DNA from: Squalus acanthias
Lineage: Eukaryota
Length of the DNA stretch: 64,000 bases
NCBI GenBank assembly: GCA_030390025.1
Contig: CM059432.1
Location: 112,594,001-112,658,000, forward strand
Direction of reading: 5' to 3'
A program made the translations under genes and the position numbers. Below, in pieces: positions 23,593-37,164 of the stretch. The stretch's first letter is position 1. Every line of letters starts with the position of its first letter. The notes under the pieces were generated by a model, which was not told where the DNA came from, searched no databases, and saw nothing but the letters and a program-made list of their open reading frames with translations.

Positions 23593-25429
23593 CTTACTGC
23601 ATTTTGCTTAGCAATTCAACAGAAATAGAATATTATAGCAGCAACATTTTTAATTGTAGCATACAAAGCTAGTTGACCTCAACTGAATGGCCTGGAACTC
23701 TGTAGCCCTTCTGGTGTGCTCCCACTCTAACTTGGGTAGGAGTGCACCAGAAGTGCCAGAAACTAAACCGCCTTATGTCAGGAACTCTGGGATGACCTGT
23801 TGGGGTTGGAGCCTCTTGTCTGCCCGTCATGGCCATTGGCGTAAGAGGGAGCGCGGCCTCACTGCATCAGGAGAGTCTGCCTTCCAGGACCTCAGTGGCA
23901 CCCAGCATAGGGTTGTTGGAGTTGGCAACCAGGGCAGAAGTGGGGCCCACCTGGGGGTGCTGGCCAGGATCAAGACCTGGGCACCTTAATAGAAAGACCA
24001 TTTAAAAAAAAAATACAGTCCTCTTACAAACAGGGCTGCTGGGGCGGTTTAGTTCTGTTTCTGGCGGTGAGGGCTCCAAAACCCCCACCCCAGTCTGGGA
24101 ACCTCTGCCAGATTTTCCAGCCTATTCACGATGGGAGGCATCCTCGATGCATCCCCAGTGGTATGGGTGCTCATTTCCTACTATTTCTATGCCATTACTC
24201 TGGGTCTGTACTCCACGCTGTCTTATTCATGTTTCTTCACTGTAGTTACATAATTAAGGTTTAGTCAAATTATTTATGAAATAACTGACCTGTTAGAAAA
24301 TAGTAATTTATATAACAAATCTGCTACAGCAGTGTTTCAGCATTCATTGATACTTCTTACTGGAATTTCAAATCAAGCTACCAAAGTTGGTTTGCTTCAT
24401 TCAGGCATTGAACATTTCTCACAGTCTGACGAATGATTACATCCCTTTCCTCTGCTATTCTTTGTACCATACCAAAACACCAGAAATAGTTTCATGTCAC
24501 TGACAGCAACATGGTCCAACAGGAAATCAGTAATCAAACTGAGGTGGGACAGGACCATAGCCAACCCTCCTTGAGCCTGTGTGTGATGCAGTGGTTACTG
24601 GGAGATAAACATTGCCATAGAACCTCTGCAGAATTTCTCTCAACAAGTTAAAACGTGCATTTTTTTCTGGACCTTGGCGGAATGCCACCTTTTTTTGCTG
24701 TTTAAAGCATGAAGTCCGACACTGCAGGTCACTTGAGATGTACATACTAGATAACTATCAGGAATGGGAACCTGGTCCATTTGTCTCCCATCCTTAGCCA
24801 GAGGACACTGAGCTGGTTCTAATGCTGCTCAGATCATAACAATCACTGCACTTTAAAATCAATTCATTGTACAAAGTGCTTTGAAATGTTTTGACAGGAA
24901 AGCCACTCTGTAAGTGCAAATACTATTATTACTATCAATTAACATGCCAGCAATCAAACACAAAGCCCTTCTGGGGCTGTGTGGCTCAATATCACCATGG
25001 GTGGTGTACTTACTTACACACTGAACCATTGAAGGGGTTTCATTTTTCTTTCTTTAGTTTTATGCTGCTAATCTTGGCCACATACAAATAAGGAAGAAAT
25101 GAAATATATATTTTCAGTATATGGTCATCTATCCTGGAGAATCTCCAGGCTCTTGACGACAATATTGTAGGCATACATTCTGACTATACTGCTTCATTGC
25201 CCTGTTTGGAGAAGTGCAGTTGGGAGGTTTGCTTACAATATTGGGAGTTAGGAGCCAGTACAGGTGATCAAGAATGCTCCCACATGATCATCATGTGGAC
25301 CTGAGCGGGACCGGAGCTGGGAGCGAGAGCAAGATAAAGAGCGCGGCAGAGGAGGCCCGAGAGCAGAGGCAGCGGACCTGAGCAGGATCGGAGCTAGGAG
25401 CAACTCAACACAGGCAGAATTTGAAAGAG

Positions 25430-25490
25430 TGACGTCAGAGTAAAAAACCTAAAGTGACGTCAGCCCAAGGGAAGGAGCTGATTGGTGAGT
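25430..25490 (+). promoter_or_regulatory. Putative CR1 internal promoter: two CRE palindromes and an inverted CCAAT next to a 5' splice-site motif
   Basis: TGACGTCA at 25430-25437 and 25455-25462; GGAGCTGATTGGTGAGT at 25474-25490. The same module occurs in the CR1 at 63770-63825 (minus). Confidence 0.5.
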
Positions 25491-28400
25491 AGCTGGTCAG
25501 TTTTTTTTTTAAGTTCTAAGTTTATTTCTGCTAAGTTAGTTAATAGTCTATTAAATAGAGGCATGGCAGGGCACCTCAGTCCCGTAGAATGCACATCTTG
25601 TGTCCTGGACAACCACATGTGCAGGAAGTGTCGTCAGCTGGAGGAGCTCGAGCTCCGGGTTTTGGAGCTTGAGCAGCAGCTGGCGTCACTGTGGTGCATC
25701 CGTGAGGCTGAGAGCTACGTGGATAGCACGTTTTAGGAGGTGGTCACCCCGCAGCTTAAGAGTGTGCAGGCAGAGAGGGAATGGGTGACCGCCAGACAGA
25801 AGAGGAGGACTAGACAGGTAGTGCAGGAGTCCCCTGAGTACGTCTTGCTCTCCAACCAGTAGGTGAGAGCGATGGTTCTTCTCGGGAGTGCAGCCAGAGC
25901 CAAGTCCACGGCACCACAGGTGGCTCAGCTGCACAGGGCGGGAGGAGGGAGATCAGGAAAGCGATAGTGATAGGGGATTCAATAGTTAGGGGAACAGACA
26001 GGCATTTCAGCGGCCGCAGACACGATTCCAGGATGGTATGTTGCCTCCCTGGTACCAGGGTCAAGTAGGCCACTGAGCGGCTGCAGAACACTCTGAAGGG
26101 GGAGGGTGAACAGCCAGACGTCGTGACCCATATCAGTATCAACAGCGTAGGTAGAAAGAGGGATGAGGTCCTGCAGGCAGATTTTAGGGAGCTAGGAAAG
26201 AGATTAAAAAGCAGGACCTCAAAGGTAGTAATCTCCGGATTACTCCCAGGCCACGCGCGAGTGAGTATAGAAATAGAAAGATAGAGCAGATGAATGTGTG
26301 GCTGGAGAGATGGTGCAGAAGGGAGGGCTTTAGATTCTTGGGACATTGGGACCGGTTCTGAAGGAGGTGGGACATGTACAGGCCGGACGGGTTGCACCTC
26401 AACAGAGCCGGGACCAATATCCTCACGGGGGGGGGGGTTTGCTAATGGTGTTGGGGAGGGTTTAAACTAATTTGGCAGGGGGATGGGCACCAGGATGTAG
26501 CATTAGAAAGGAGAAACGTGGTGCACAAAAGAATGGGAGATACAGATAGCACTAGAGTAAGAGATAGTACGGTATTAAGTGGGGTCAGACTAAGAGAAAA
26601 TACAAGAAGGTCTAAGATAAGTTTACAGTGCATGTATGTAAACGCATGAAGCGTGGTAAATAAGGTTGGTGAGCTGCAAGCGAAATAGCCACATGGGAAT
26701 ATGATGTCGTGGCGATAACAGAGACCTGGCTCAAAAAAGGGCAGGATTGGGTACTAAATATTCATGGATATAAGGTGTTCAGGAAAGATAGGGAAGGAAA
26801 GAAAGGAGGTGGGGTGGCAGTATTGATTAAGGAAACTATTACAGTGCTGGAGAGAGAGGATGTTCTGGAGGGATCAAGGACAGAATCTATTTGGTTAGAG
26901 TTAAGAAACAATAGAGGTGCCATCACACTACTAGGTGCATTCTATAGGCCACCTACTAGTGGAAAGGATATAGAGGAGCAAATTTGCAGGGAAATTAGAG
27001 AGGTGCAAGAACTATAGAGTAGTAATAATGGAGGACTTCAATTATCCTTATATAGACTAGGATAGTAATAGTGTAAAGGGCAGAGAGGGGGAAGAATTTC
27101 TGAAGTGTGTTCAGGAGAACTGTCTTGATCAGTACGTTTCCGGCCCAATGAGGAAGGAGGCTTTGCTGGATCTGGTTCTGGGGAATGAGGTGGATCAGGT
27201 GGATCAAGTTTCAGTAGGGGAACATTTAGGGAACAGTGATCGAAGTATCATAAGGTTTAGGTCAGCTATGGAAAAGGACAGGGAGCAATCTAGAGTCAAA
27301 ATACTTAACTGGAGGAGGGACAATTTCAGTGGGTTGAGAACGGAGCTGGCCCGGGTAAATTGGAATCAAAGATTGGTAGGCAAAACTCTAATCGAACAAT
27401 GGGCTGCCTTTAAAGAGAAGATGGTTCAGGTACAGTTGAGGTACATTCCCACTAGGGGGAAAGGTCAGGCAACCAAAGTCAGAGCTCCCTGGTTGACGAA
27501 AGAGATAGAGAGTAAGATAAAGCAGAAAAAAGGGGCAGATGACAGATGTCAGGTTGAGAATACAAGTGAGAACCAGGCTGAATACAGAAAGTTCAGAGGG
27601 GAAGTGGAAAAGGAAATAAGAGGGACAAAGAAGGAGTATGAAAATAGATTGGCAGCTAACATAAAAAGAAATCCAAAAGTCTTCTATAGGCATATAAATA
27701 GTAAATGGGTAGTAAGAGGAGGGGTGGGGCCGATTAGGGACCAAAAAGGAGACCTACGCATGGAGGCAGAGGGCATGGCTGAGGTACTAAATGAGTACTT
27801 TGCATCTGTCTTTACCAAGGAAGAATATGCTACCAAAGTCATAGTGAAAGAGAAGGTAGTTGAGATATTGGACAGGATAAAAATTGATAAAGAGGAGGTA
27901 CTGGAAAAGCTGACTGTACTTAGCGTAAATCAGTCACTAGGAAAGGATGGGATGCATCCTAGGACACTGAGAGAATTAAAGGTAGAAATGTACTAGCGGA
28001 TGTACTAGCCATAATCTTCCAATCCTCCTTGGATACGGGGCTGGTGCCAGAGGACTGGAGAATTGCAAATGTTACACCCTTGTTCAAAAAGGGTGTAAGG
28101 ATAAACCCAGCAACTACAGGCCAGTCAGCTTAACCTTGGTGGTGGGGAAGCTTTTAGAAACGATAATTCACGATAAAATTAACAGTCACTTAGACTAGTG
28201 TGGATTAATTAAGGGAAGCCAGTACGGATTTATTAAAGGCAAGTCATGTTTAACCAACTTGATTGAATTTTTTGATGAGGTATCAGAAAGGGTTGATGAG
28301 GGCAATGCAGTTCATGTGGTGTACATGGATTTCCAAAATGCATTTGATAAAGTGCCACATAATAGGTTTGCCAGCAAAGTTGAAGCCCATGGAATAAAAA

Positions 28401-28838
28401 GGACAGTGGCAGCATGGATACAAAATTGCCTAAGTGAGAGGAAACAGAGAGTACTGCTGAACGGTTGTTTTTTGGACGAGAGGAAGATATACAGTGGTGT
28501 TCCCCAGGGATTTGTACTAGGACCACTGCTTTTCAGATGACACAAAACTTGGAAGTATAGTGAACAGTGAGGAGGATAAGGATAGACTTCAAGAGGACAG
28601 AGACAGGCTGGTGGAATGGGCGGACACGTGGCAGATGAAGTTTAACACAGAAAAGTGCGAAGTGATACATTTTGGTAGGAAGAACGAGGAAAGGCAATAT
28701 AAGCTAAAGGATACAATTCTAAAGGGGGTGCAGGAACAGAGAGACCTGGGGGTATATGTGCACAAGTCGTTGAAGGTGGCAGGACAGGTTGAGAAAGCGG
28801 TTAAAAAAGCATACGGGATCCTGGGCTTTATAAATAGA

Positions 28839-29224
28839 TGTGATTCCCAGTAAAAAAGTAAAAATTTTCCCAGTAAAAAAGTAAAAATTTTAAAGCTTTT
28901 CGTTTTACATACAGACAGCAGCTTTTGACACGTTAGAACCCCTGCGACTACACCTCATTGTCTCAGTTGTATCTTGCTATGTCTTTGATGTGGTACCTTC
29001 CTGGCTGACCTGATTAACTTTATCACACCTCGGCAGATAGTCAGGATGATTTAATTTAGTGGTCTGCAATTGTAAGGTACACATGCTTTGTTCTCTATCT
29101 ATATATGCTTTGGCGATTCTGTAACTATTTACTTCACCTGAGGAAGGGGTAATCGATAGCTCCGAAAGCTTGTGATTTCAAATAAAACTGTTGGACTATA
29201 ACCTGGTGTTGTGCGACCTGTCAA
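28839..29224 (+). mobile_element. Penelope-like insert with hammerhead motif, nested in CR1
   Basis: 13-bp TSD CTTTATAAATAGA (28826-28838, 29225-29237); 3' part homologous to 21-115; 23-nt tandem duplication at its 5' end. Confidence 0.72.
29134..29175 (+). ncRNA. Minimal type-I hammerhead ribozyme motif
   Basis: UCAC-CUGAGGA-A-GGGGU-AAUCGAUA-GCUCC-GAAA-GC-U-U-GUGA; stem I UCAC/GUGA. Confidence 0.68.
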
Positions 29225-29569
29225 CTTTATAAATAGAGGCATAGAGTACAAAAGCAACATTGGTTCGGCCACAACTGGAGTGTTGTGTCCAATTCTGGGC
29301 ACTGCACTTTAGGAAGCATGTTTAGGCTTTGGAGAGGGCACAGAAATTATTTACAAGAATGGTTCCAGGGATGAGGGGCTTCAGTTACGTGGATAGACTG
29401 GAGAAACTGGGGTTGTTCTCCTTAGAGCAGAGGAGATTGAGAGGAGATTTGATAGAGGTGTTCAAAATCATGAGGGGTCTAGACAGAGTAGACAGAGAAA
29501 AACTGTCCCCATTGGTGAAAGGGTTGAGAACCAGAGGACACAGATTTAAGGTGATTGGCAAAAGGTCCA

Positions 29570-32500
29570 TAGAAACATAGAAGATCGGAGCAGGAGTAGG
29601 CCGTTCGGCCCCTCGAGCCTGTTCCGCCATTTAATGAGATCATGGCTGATCATCCAAATTCAGTACCCTGTCCCTGCTTTCTCCCCATATCCCTTGATCC
29701 CTTTAGCCTTAAGAAATATATCTAACTCCTTCTTGAATATATTTAATGAATTGGCCTCAGCTGCCTTGTGTGGTAGAGAATTCCACAGGTTCACCACTCT
29801 CTGGGTGAAGAAATTCCTTCTCATCTCAGTCCTAAATGGCTTACCCCTTATCCTTAGACTGTGACCCCTGGATCTGGACTCCCCCGCCATCGGGAACATC
29901 CTTCCTGCATCCAGTCTGTCTGGTCCTGTTAGTATTTTATAAGTTTCAATGAGATCCCCTCTCGCTCTTCTAAACTCTAGCGAATACAAGCCCAATCGTC
30001 CCAATCTCTCTTCATACGTCATTCCTGCCATCCCAGGTATCAGTCTGGTGAATCTTCGCTGCACTCCCTCCATGGCAAGAACATCCTTCCTCAGATAAGG
30101 CGACCAAAACTGCACACAATACTCAAGGTGTGGTCTCACCAAGGCCCTGTACAACTGCAGCAAGACATCCTTGCTCCTGTACTCGAATCCTCTCGCTATG
30201 AAGGCCAAAATACCATTTGTCTTCTTAACCGCCTGCTGCACCTGCATGCTTACCTTCAACGACTGGTGCACAAGGACTCCCAGGTCTCGTTGCACTTCCC
30301 CTGTTCCCAATCTATTGCCGTTCAGATAATAATCTGCCTTCCTGTTTTTGCCACCAAAGTGGATAACCTCGCATTTATCCACATTATACTGCATCTGCCA
30401 TGCATCTGCCCAATCACCCACTTGTCCAAATCATACTGGAGTTTCTCTGCATCCTCCTCACAACACACACGCCCACCCAGCTTTGTGTCGTCTGCAAACT
30501 TGGAGATATTACATCTAGTTCCCTCGTCTAGATCATTAATATATATTGTGAATAACTGGGGTCCTAGCATCGATCCCTGCGGCACCCCACTAGTCACTGC
30601 CTGCCACTGGGAAAAAGACCCGTTTATTCCAACTCTTTGCTTCCTGTCTGCCAACCAGTTCTCTATCCAAGTCAGTACCTTACCCCCAATCCCATGTGCT
30701 TTAACTTTGCACGCCAATCTCTTATGCGGGACCTTATCAAAAGCCTTCTGAAAGTCCAAATACACTACATCCACTGGTTCTCCCTTATCTATTCTACCAG
30801 TTACATCCTCAAAAAATTCCAGTAGATTAGTCAAGCATGATTTACCTTTTGTAAATCCATGTTGACTTTGTCCGATCCTGTCACTGTTTTCCAAGTGCTC
30901 TGCTATCACATCTTTTAGAATGGACTCTAGCATTTTCCCCACTACCGATGTCAGGCTTACCGGTCTATAATTCCTTTTTCTCTCTCCCACCTTTTTTAAA
31001 TATGGGGTTACATTAGCTACCCTCCAATCCATGGGAACTGTTCCAGAGTCCATAGAATTTTAGAAGATGACCAGCAATTAATCTACTATTTCTAGGGCCA
31101 CTTCCTTAAGTACCCTAGGATGTAGATTATCAGGCCCTGGGGATTTATCGGCCTTAAATCCCGTCAATTTCCCTAACACCATTTACCCACAAATACTGAT
31201 TTCATTCAGTTCTTCCCTCTCATTAGACCCTATGTTCCCCGACATCTCTGGGAGGTTATTTGTGTCCTCCTTTGTGAAGACAGAACCAAAGTATGTATTT
31301 AATTCGTCAGCCATTTCTTTGGTCCCCATTATAATTTCCCCTGATTCTGACTGCAAGGGACCTACGCTTGACTTCACCAATCTTTTTCTCTTCACATATC
31401 TATAGAAGCTTTTACAGTCAGTTTTTATGTTCCCTGCAAGCTTACTCTCATACGCTATTTTCCCCCTCTTAATTAAACCCTTTGTCCTCCTTTGCTGAAT
31501 CCTAAACTGCTTCCAATCCTCAGGTTTTCTGCTTTTTCTGACCAATGTATATGTCCTCTCCTTGGATCTTATGCTATCCCTAATTTCCCTTGTTAGCCAC
31601 GGTTGAGTCACCTTTTTTATTTTTATTTTTATGCCAAACAGGGATGAACAAATTAATCCATGTGATCTTTAAATGTTTGCCATTGCCTATCCACCGTCAA
31701 CCCTTTAAGTAACGTTACCCAATCCATCCTCAGCAACTCGCGCCTCATACCATCGTAGTTTCCTTTATTTAAATTCAGGACCCTAGTCTCTGAGTCAAAT
31801 ACTTCACTCTCCATCTTAATGAAGAATTCTATCATATTATGATCGCTCCTCCCAAAGGGGCCTCGCACAACAAGATTGCTAATTAACCCTTTCTCATTAC
31901 ATAATACCCAGTCGAAGATGGCCTGATCTCTAGTTGGTTCTTCGACATATTGGTCCAGGAAACCATCCCGTATACACTCTCGGAATTCCTCCTCCACAGT
32001 ATTGTTACTAATTTGGTTAGCCCAATCTATATGTAGATTAAAGTCACCCATGATAACTGCTGTGCCCTTATTGCACGCGTCTCTAATTTCCCGTTTAATG
32101 CCATCCCCAACCTCAGCATTACTGTTTAGGGGTCTGTATACAACTCCCACTAAAGTTTTCTGCCCCTTGGTATTTCTCAGCTCTACCCATACAGATTCCA
32201 CATCATCAGAGCTAATATCCTTCCTTAGTATTGTGTTAATCTCCTCTTTAACCAGCAATGCTACCCCACCTCCTTTTCCTTTTTGTCTGTCCTTCCTGAA
32301 TATTGAATACCCCTGGATGTTGAATTCCCAGCCTTGGTCACCCTGGAGCCATGTCTCCGTAATCCCAATTATATCATATCCGTTTACATCTATTTGCGCA
32401 GCTAATTCATCCACCTTATTACGAATGCTCCTCGCATTAAGACACAAAGCCTTCAGGCTTGTTTTTTTAACACTCTTAGTCCTTTTAGAATTATTATTTA

Positions 32501-32977
32501 CTGTGGCCATGTTTGATTTACACCCTTGATTTCTCTGACTGCCACTTTTGCTTTTCGCCTTCCTGTCTTTTGCTTCTATCCTTGCTTCCCTTTCCTCTGT
32601 CTCCCTGCACAGGTTCCCAACCCCCAACCATTTTAGTTTATACCCTCCCCAACAGCACTAGCAAACACTCCCCCTGGGACATCGGTCCCGGTCCTGCCCA
32701 GGTGCAAACCGTCCAGTTTGTACTGGTCCCACCTCCCCCAGAACCGGTTCCAATGTCCCAGGAATTTGAATCGCTCCCCCTTGCACCATTTCTCTTGCCA
32801 CGTATTCATCTGAAATACCCTTCTATTTCTACTCTGACTAGCACATGGCACTGGTAGCAATCCTGAGATTACTACCTTTGAGGTCCTATTTTATAATTTA
32901 CCTCCTAACTCCCTATATTCAGCTTTTAGGATCTCATCCCGTTTTTTACTGATATCGTTGGTACCTATAAACAGCAC
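29570..32977 (-). mobile_element. Young CR1 LINE (end of ORF1 plus ORF2), nested
   Basis: ORFs 31653-32627 (APE: LNARSI..ITETWL..GDFN..SDH), 30322-31053 (RT KFADDTK) and 29660-30421; 5-bp TSD GTCCA (29565-29569, 32978-32982). Confidence 0.95.
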
Positions 32978-34363
32978 GTCCAAAGGCGACATGAGGAGAA
33001 ACTTTTTTACACAGCGAGTGGTTATGATCTGGAATGCACTGCCTGAAAGGGTGGTGGAGACAGACTCAATCATGGCTTTCAAAAGGGAATTAGATAAGTA
33101 CCTGAAAGAAATAAAATTGCAGGGCTACGGGGAAAGGACGGGGGAGTGAGACTAGCTGAAGTGCTCTTGCAGAGAGCCGGCACGAGCTCGACAGGCCGAA
33201 TGGCCTCCTTCTGTGCTGTAATGATTCTATGATTAGCTATCCTACTACCACTGGGCCACCACAGAATAATTAGCAGTAGATCCTGGACATGTGACCAGTG
33301 AAATTTTACATCCCTACAATATAAATCCATAATAAACCTTCATTCTAAATATTCTATTGTGAGAATTCTTTGAAATTAAAATATCTGTTGCTTTCCACAA
33401 AGGTAGTACAGTTTTATGGGTCTTGGCTACACAAGGACTAGGGCACTCGGGTATAATGGTGTCTAGTGTTTCTGGTATACATATGATATTCATGCGATTA
33501 TAATTGTGACTATATGTTGGGCAGTCTGTACTCTAGAATACATGCTGTATAGTGGTTACAGCCTGACATTGTGACCTATAGAGTTACCGGGAGTTTTGAA
33601 AATGTGTTCTGATTTTAAAATCATACTATTTTTCCTGAACCAGAAGAGCCCTGGTTCTTCGATAGAGGATGCTCTGAACCTGTAGTGTCACAGTCCGAGT
33701 CTTAGTGAAGGGAAATTTACCAAACATTCAGCAATGATGGGCTTCACTCATTAATCTTGTCACCTGAAAAATGTCAGCTATGTAAGGAGGCCTACCGGAA
33801 TTACAACATAGCAACATTTGTTCTACATAGTACATCATCAGGACCGAAAGACTCCTCAATATTCAGACAAAACATGGGTCATTTCCTGTCTATCAGCCAT
33901 CAGTTTTTAGTGAACGCCCTGTAGTTATACCAGAACTAATAACTTGCAGTAAAATGTGGAGACTAAAATTTTCCAGTAATTTATAAACATTAAAGATTTT
34001 AAAAGTTTAACAAGGTTTGCATTGCTATGTACGAAAGAAAAGTCCTATTTTTTGTTTGTGTATCTGAAGAGAATGTCTCAAATAGAAAAGAATGATGACA
34101 GATGAATGATGATTTGAATTTGAATTTGAATTGCTGCTGCAGTTTGATGTGAGCTTTCTTGTCACTCTAACTGACTCATTCCAAACCGAATATGCAGGTC
34201 ACTGGTTGCAATAAAATACTTCTACTTCAAGACAGATTTATCCGGGCCAATTCCCTGATCGTGAGGGGATAGATGCATTTCAGATTGGATGAATGCCGGA
34301 TTTTTAACTAACACTCGGATTTGCTAATTAGGATACAGGGAGACTCAGCAAGTTGCAGACTGG

Positions 34364-36015
34364 GGCAGCGAATTTGCCGGTGCTCAGAGGGCGGGTTTGG
34401 AGGCGAGTCTGCTGTCAAAATAGCGTAGAACTGACCCGACACCAAGTGGCGGGGGATACAATTGAGCTAGTTAAATGGTTTGTTAAGAGCCAATTTAATA
34501 CTATTTTGAGGCTACCTTGCAATTTTACGGTCTCCCCCACGGTTTACCCGCTGTTCGGGGAACATGCCAGCTCAAGCTGGCGTGATTTGAGTCTGCTCTG
34601 ATATTTCTGAAAAGCTGACAGCTGCAGAAGTGGTGTAAAGGATGCCATGTTGCAGAAAATGTTGGTTACTGCATTTTTAATACATATAGAGATTTCTTTA
34701 GCTTACAAGTTTTTAGATCCAACTGTATGTCCAGTGCCACCTCATTGGGAGAACCTCTCTCACCATTGACAGATCGCTTCTGTCATCTCACCTACAGCTA
34801 CCATCTATTGCAGCAACATCGGTGCCCTTGAAAAACTCTCACCTTGGTCCTCCGAATCCTTCCACGATCAGCCCCAACACCAACATCACCAGGCACACCA
34901 ACATCACCAACAACAACACCAACCTGCTCTGCCATCACCTGATGCTGCACTAGACACAGGGCATCATTCTCTGACAACATTGCTGCCCGGGAGGCCAGCG
35001 ATGGCATTACCATGGCCAGATTTACTTCACTTGACGCTGTTAACCCTGGCTGACACATGATGTGACACCATCCCACACCAGCACCATGAAGCATCCCTTT
35101 AATGTCCAAGCCATTCCATGCACACTCATCACTATAGCGGGGGTGGGGTGGGGGGGAAGTTATATCTCAACATTCACTGGAACTCAGTAACACACTTCTC
35201 AAGGTGCGCTCAGATCTGTCCAATAAGGGTCAATTTTGGAAAAATAGGTTTCGCTGTATGACAGCACATTACCAGAAACTTCACATGGACATTGGCTAAA
35301 CCTCTCAAGTGCCTACCCTTGTGTGTTGTTAGTTGGTATGCTTGCAGTAGGATGAGGGCGAGTGTGAGGGGTTGCTAGTGAGATGGGGAAGTGATAAAGT
35401 AGATAGAGAGGGTTGGGTGGAGGTGCAAGGTAAGTTGGTGTGAGTAAGGATGTGCAGGAGAAGGGTATGGAAGGCAGAGTGATGTGAATGTGTTGAGTGG
35501 CACAGCAGGATGAGGTTGAGTGTGGCTTGGCAGTAACGTTTCGTGATCTACTGAGATCATTGAAGGGTTTGCGCCACTGCAGCCTGGTCCTCCTGACGAC
35601 ATCCCTGCTTGTGCCCTCCTTTGCAATATGCAACCAGGCTGCGTTGATGTCCTGCATGCTGTAACTCCCTCCATAAGCATATGGAGGAAGTCATTAGAGA
35701 GCCTGGGTGCAAGCGTCCACCTTTGTGCAGTGCTTGTCAGTGTTTCCAGCACCTCAATGCTGTCAAACACTGACAGAACAACTGTCAAACTCAATGTGGA
35801 TGTGGTCCCTTTAAGGAAACCAGCTGATAATGTGTCATCAAATGACGTCATCAGACCCGCTACCTGTTAATTGGCCGGGAAGCCCGCAAGGCGGCCTTAA
35901 TAAGGCCAATCAAGGGAAAATCCCGTTTACAGAGCATCTGTAGCCGGGAGCGGGACCCGAACCCGGAAACCAGCTCTCACGCCACCATCCCGCCTCCGCT
36001 GGGAAATTCGCGGCC
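34364..36015. mobile_element. Non-autonomous PIF/Harbinger, related to 1415-3088
   Basis: TIRs GGCAGCGAATTT / AAATTCGCGGCC and TSD TGG. Minus-strand Myb/SANT remnant APRLSNDFLHMLMEGV..DINAAWLHIAKE..RRTRLQWRKPFNDL. Internal sequence collinear with 1860-3000. Confidence 0.82.
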
Positions 36016-36389
36016 TGGTATCTACGTACTGTATCACCATCTCTTAGAAGTGTTAGCTGGTCTGTTGGCCAGCTTCTTTTTCATAGTAAAAGCCCCAACA
36101 ATCCATTTCTGGAATATTCCCCCCCTCCTTTCCACCAACCAGGAAAAAAAACACCAACAGCCTACAAGTGAGGAGCGGTGGTGGCCAGAAAGAGCAAAAT
36201 ATTGAAGTATTTATTTAAGTCATTATTAATCTGAACACTAATTTACAGTTTTTGCTATATAATAGCTTCAGGAGGTGGGACAAAAACAGACTTTCAAAAC
36301 AAATAATAAATTGGAGTGAGTAAATATAAATAATTCAATAAACAATAACTTTAAAAGAATATTAGGTTAAATATGTAAATAGATATGGC

Positions 36390-37160
36390 AGGATCAAAGT
36401 CGAGAGTGATGTGTGCATGACTGAATTTAATATTAGCTTTGAGAGGTAGAAGGGAGAGTCACGAGCGAAGGTTTTAAATTTAAGTAAGGCAAACTTTGAA
36501 GGGATGAGAAGTGAATTGATCGTAGTAAACTGGGTTGATTTGTTAATGCCTAAATCTACACAAAACAGTGGGAAGTATTCAAAGAAAATATTTGGTATGA
36601 TACAAAACCAGTACATACCCCTAAAAGGCAAAGGCTCCAGTATGCAGTTAAACAACCATGGTCAACTAATGGGGTAAGAGACAGTATCAAGCTAAAGGAA
36701 AAGGCACACACAAATACAAGGATACATAGAAATCCAACAGACAGGAAGAGCTATAAAAATTATAAATGAATACAAAGAAAATCATAAGAGGTGCAAAAAC
36801 GGAAAATGAAAAGAACTTGCAAGGGATATTAAAGCTAACTAAAAACATTTATTAATATATGAAAGCGGTAAAGTGGAATGTGGACCCATTAAAGACAGAT
36901 GCATGTGAGACTACAATGGACAATAAGGAAATGGCAGACTTATGAAATGAGTACTTTGTATCCATTTTCACAGTGGAGTAAGAAGGCAAAATACCAGTGG
37001 TACAAGGGATCCTAAAAATAAGTCAAGGGGAGAAACTTAGTGGATTTAATGTAAGTTTCAAAAATGGTAATGAAGAAAATAATGGGACTTAAGATGAACA
37101 ATTCTCCAGGACCTGATGGTTTCTACCCCAGAGTATAAAACGAAATAGGTGAAGAAATTT
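36390..37160 (+). mobile_element. Old CR1 ORF2 middle fragment
   Basis: Degenerate KVLNLSKANFEGMRSEL..EYFVSIFT..SPGPDG motifs. Confidence 0.7.
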
Positions 37161-37164
37161 ATAG

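Larger units (their letters stand above)
25297..33232 (+). mobile_element. Near full-length CR1 LINE (5' UTR, ORF1, ORF2) carrying two nested insertions
   Basis: ORF1 MAGHLSPVECTSC..HMCRKC..LELRVLELEQQL (ZnF/leucine zipper) and VIGDSIVRG (SGNH esterase). ORF2 AITETWL..GGGVA (APE) and RT fragments. The 3' end resumes at 32978 after the nested CR1. Confidence 0.92.

Noticed and set aside
24527..24745. 72-aa minus-strand ORF as an exon
   Set aside because: No convincing splice sites, no recognisable domain, and it partly overlaps a SINE remnant.
30128..32529. Long antisense ORFs (30128-30751, 32002-32529; likewise 60508-62606)
   Set aside because: These are shadow frames opposite CR1 ORF2 with no independent signature.
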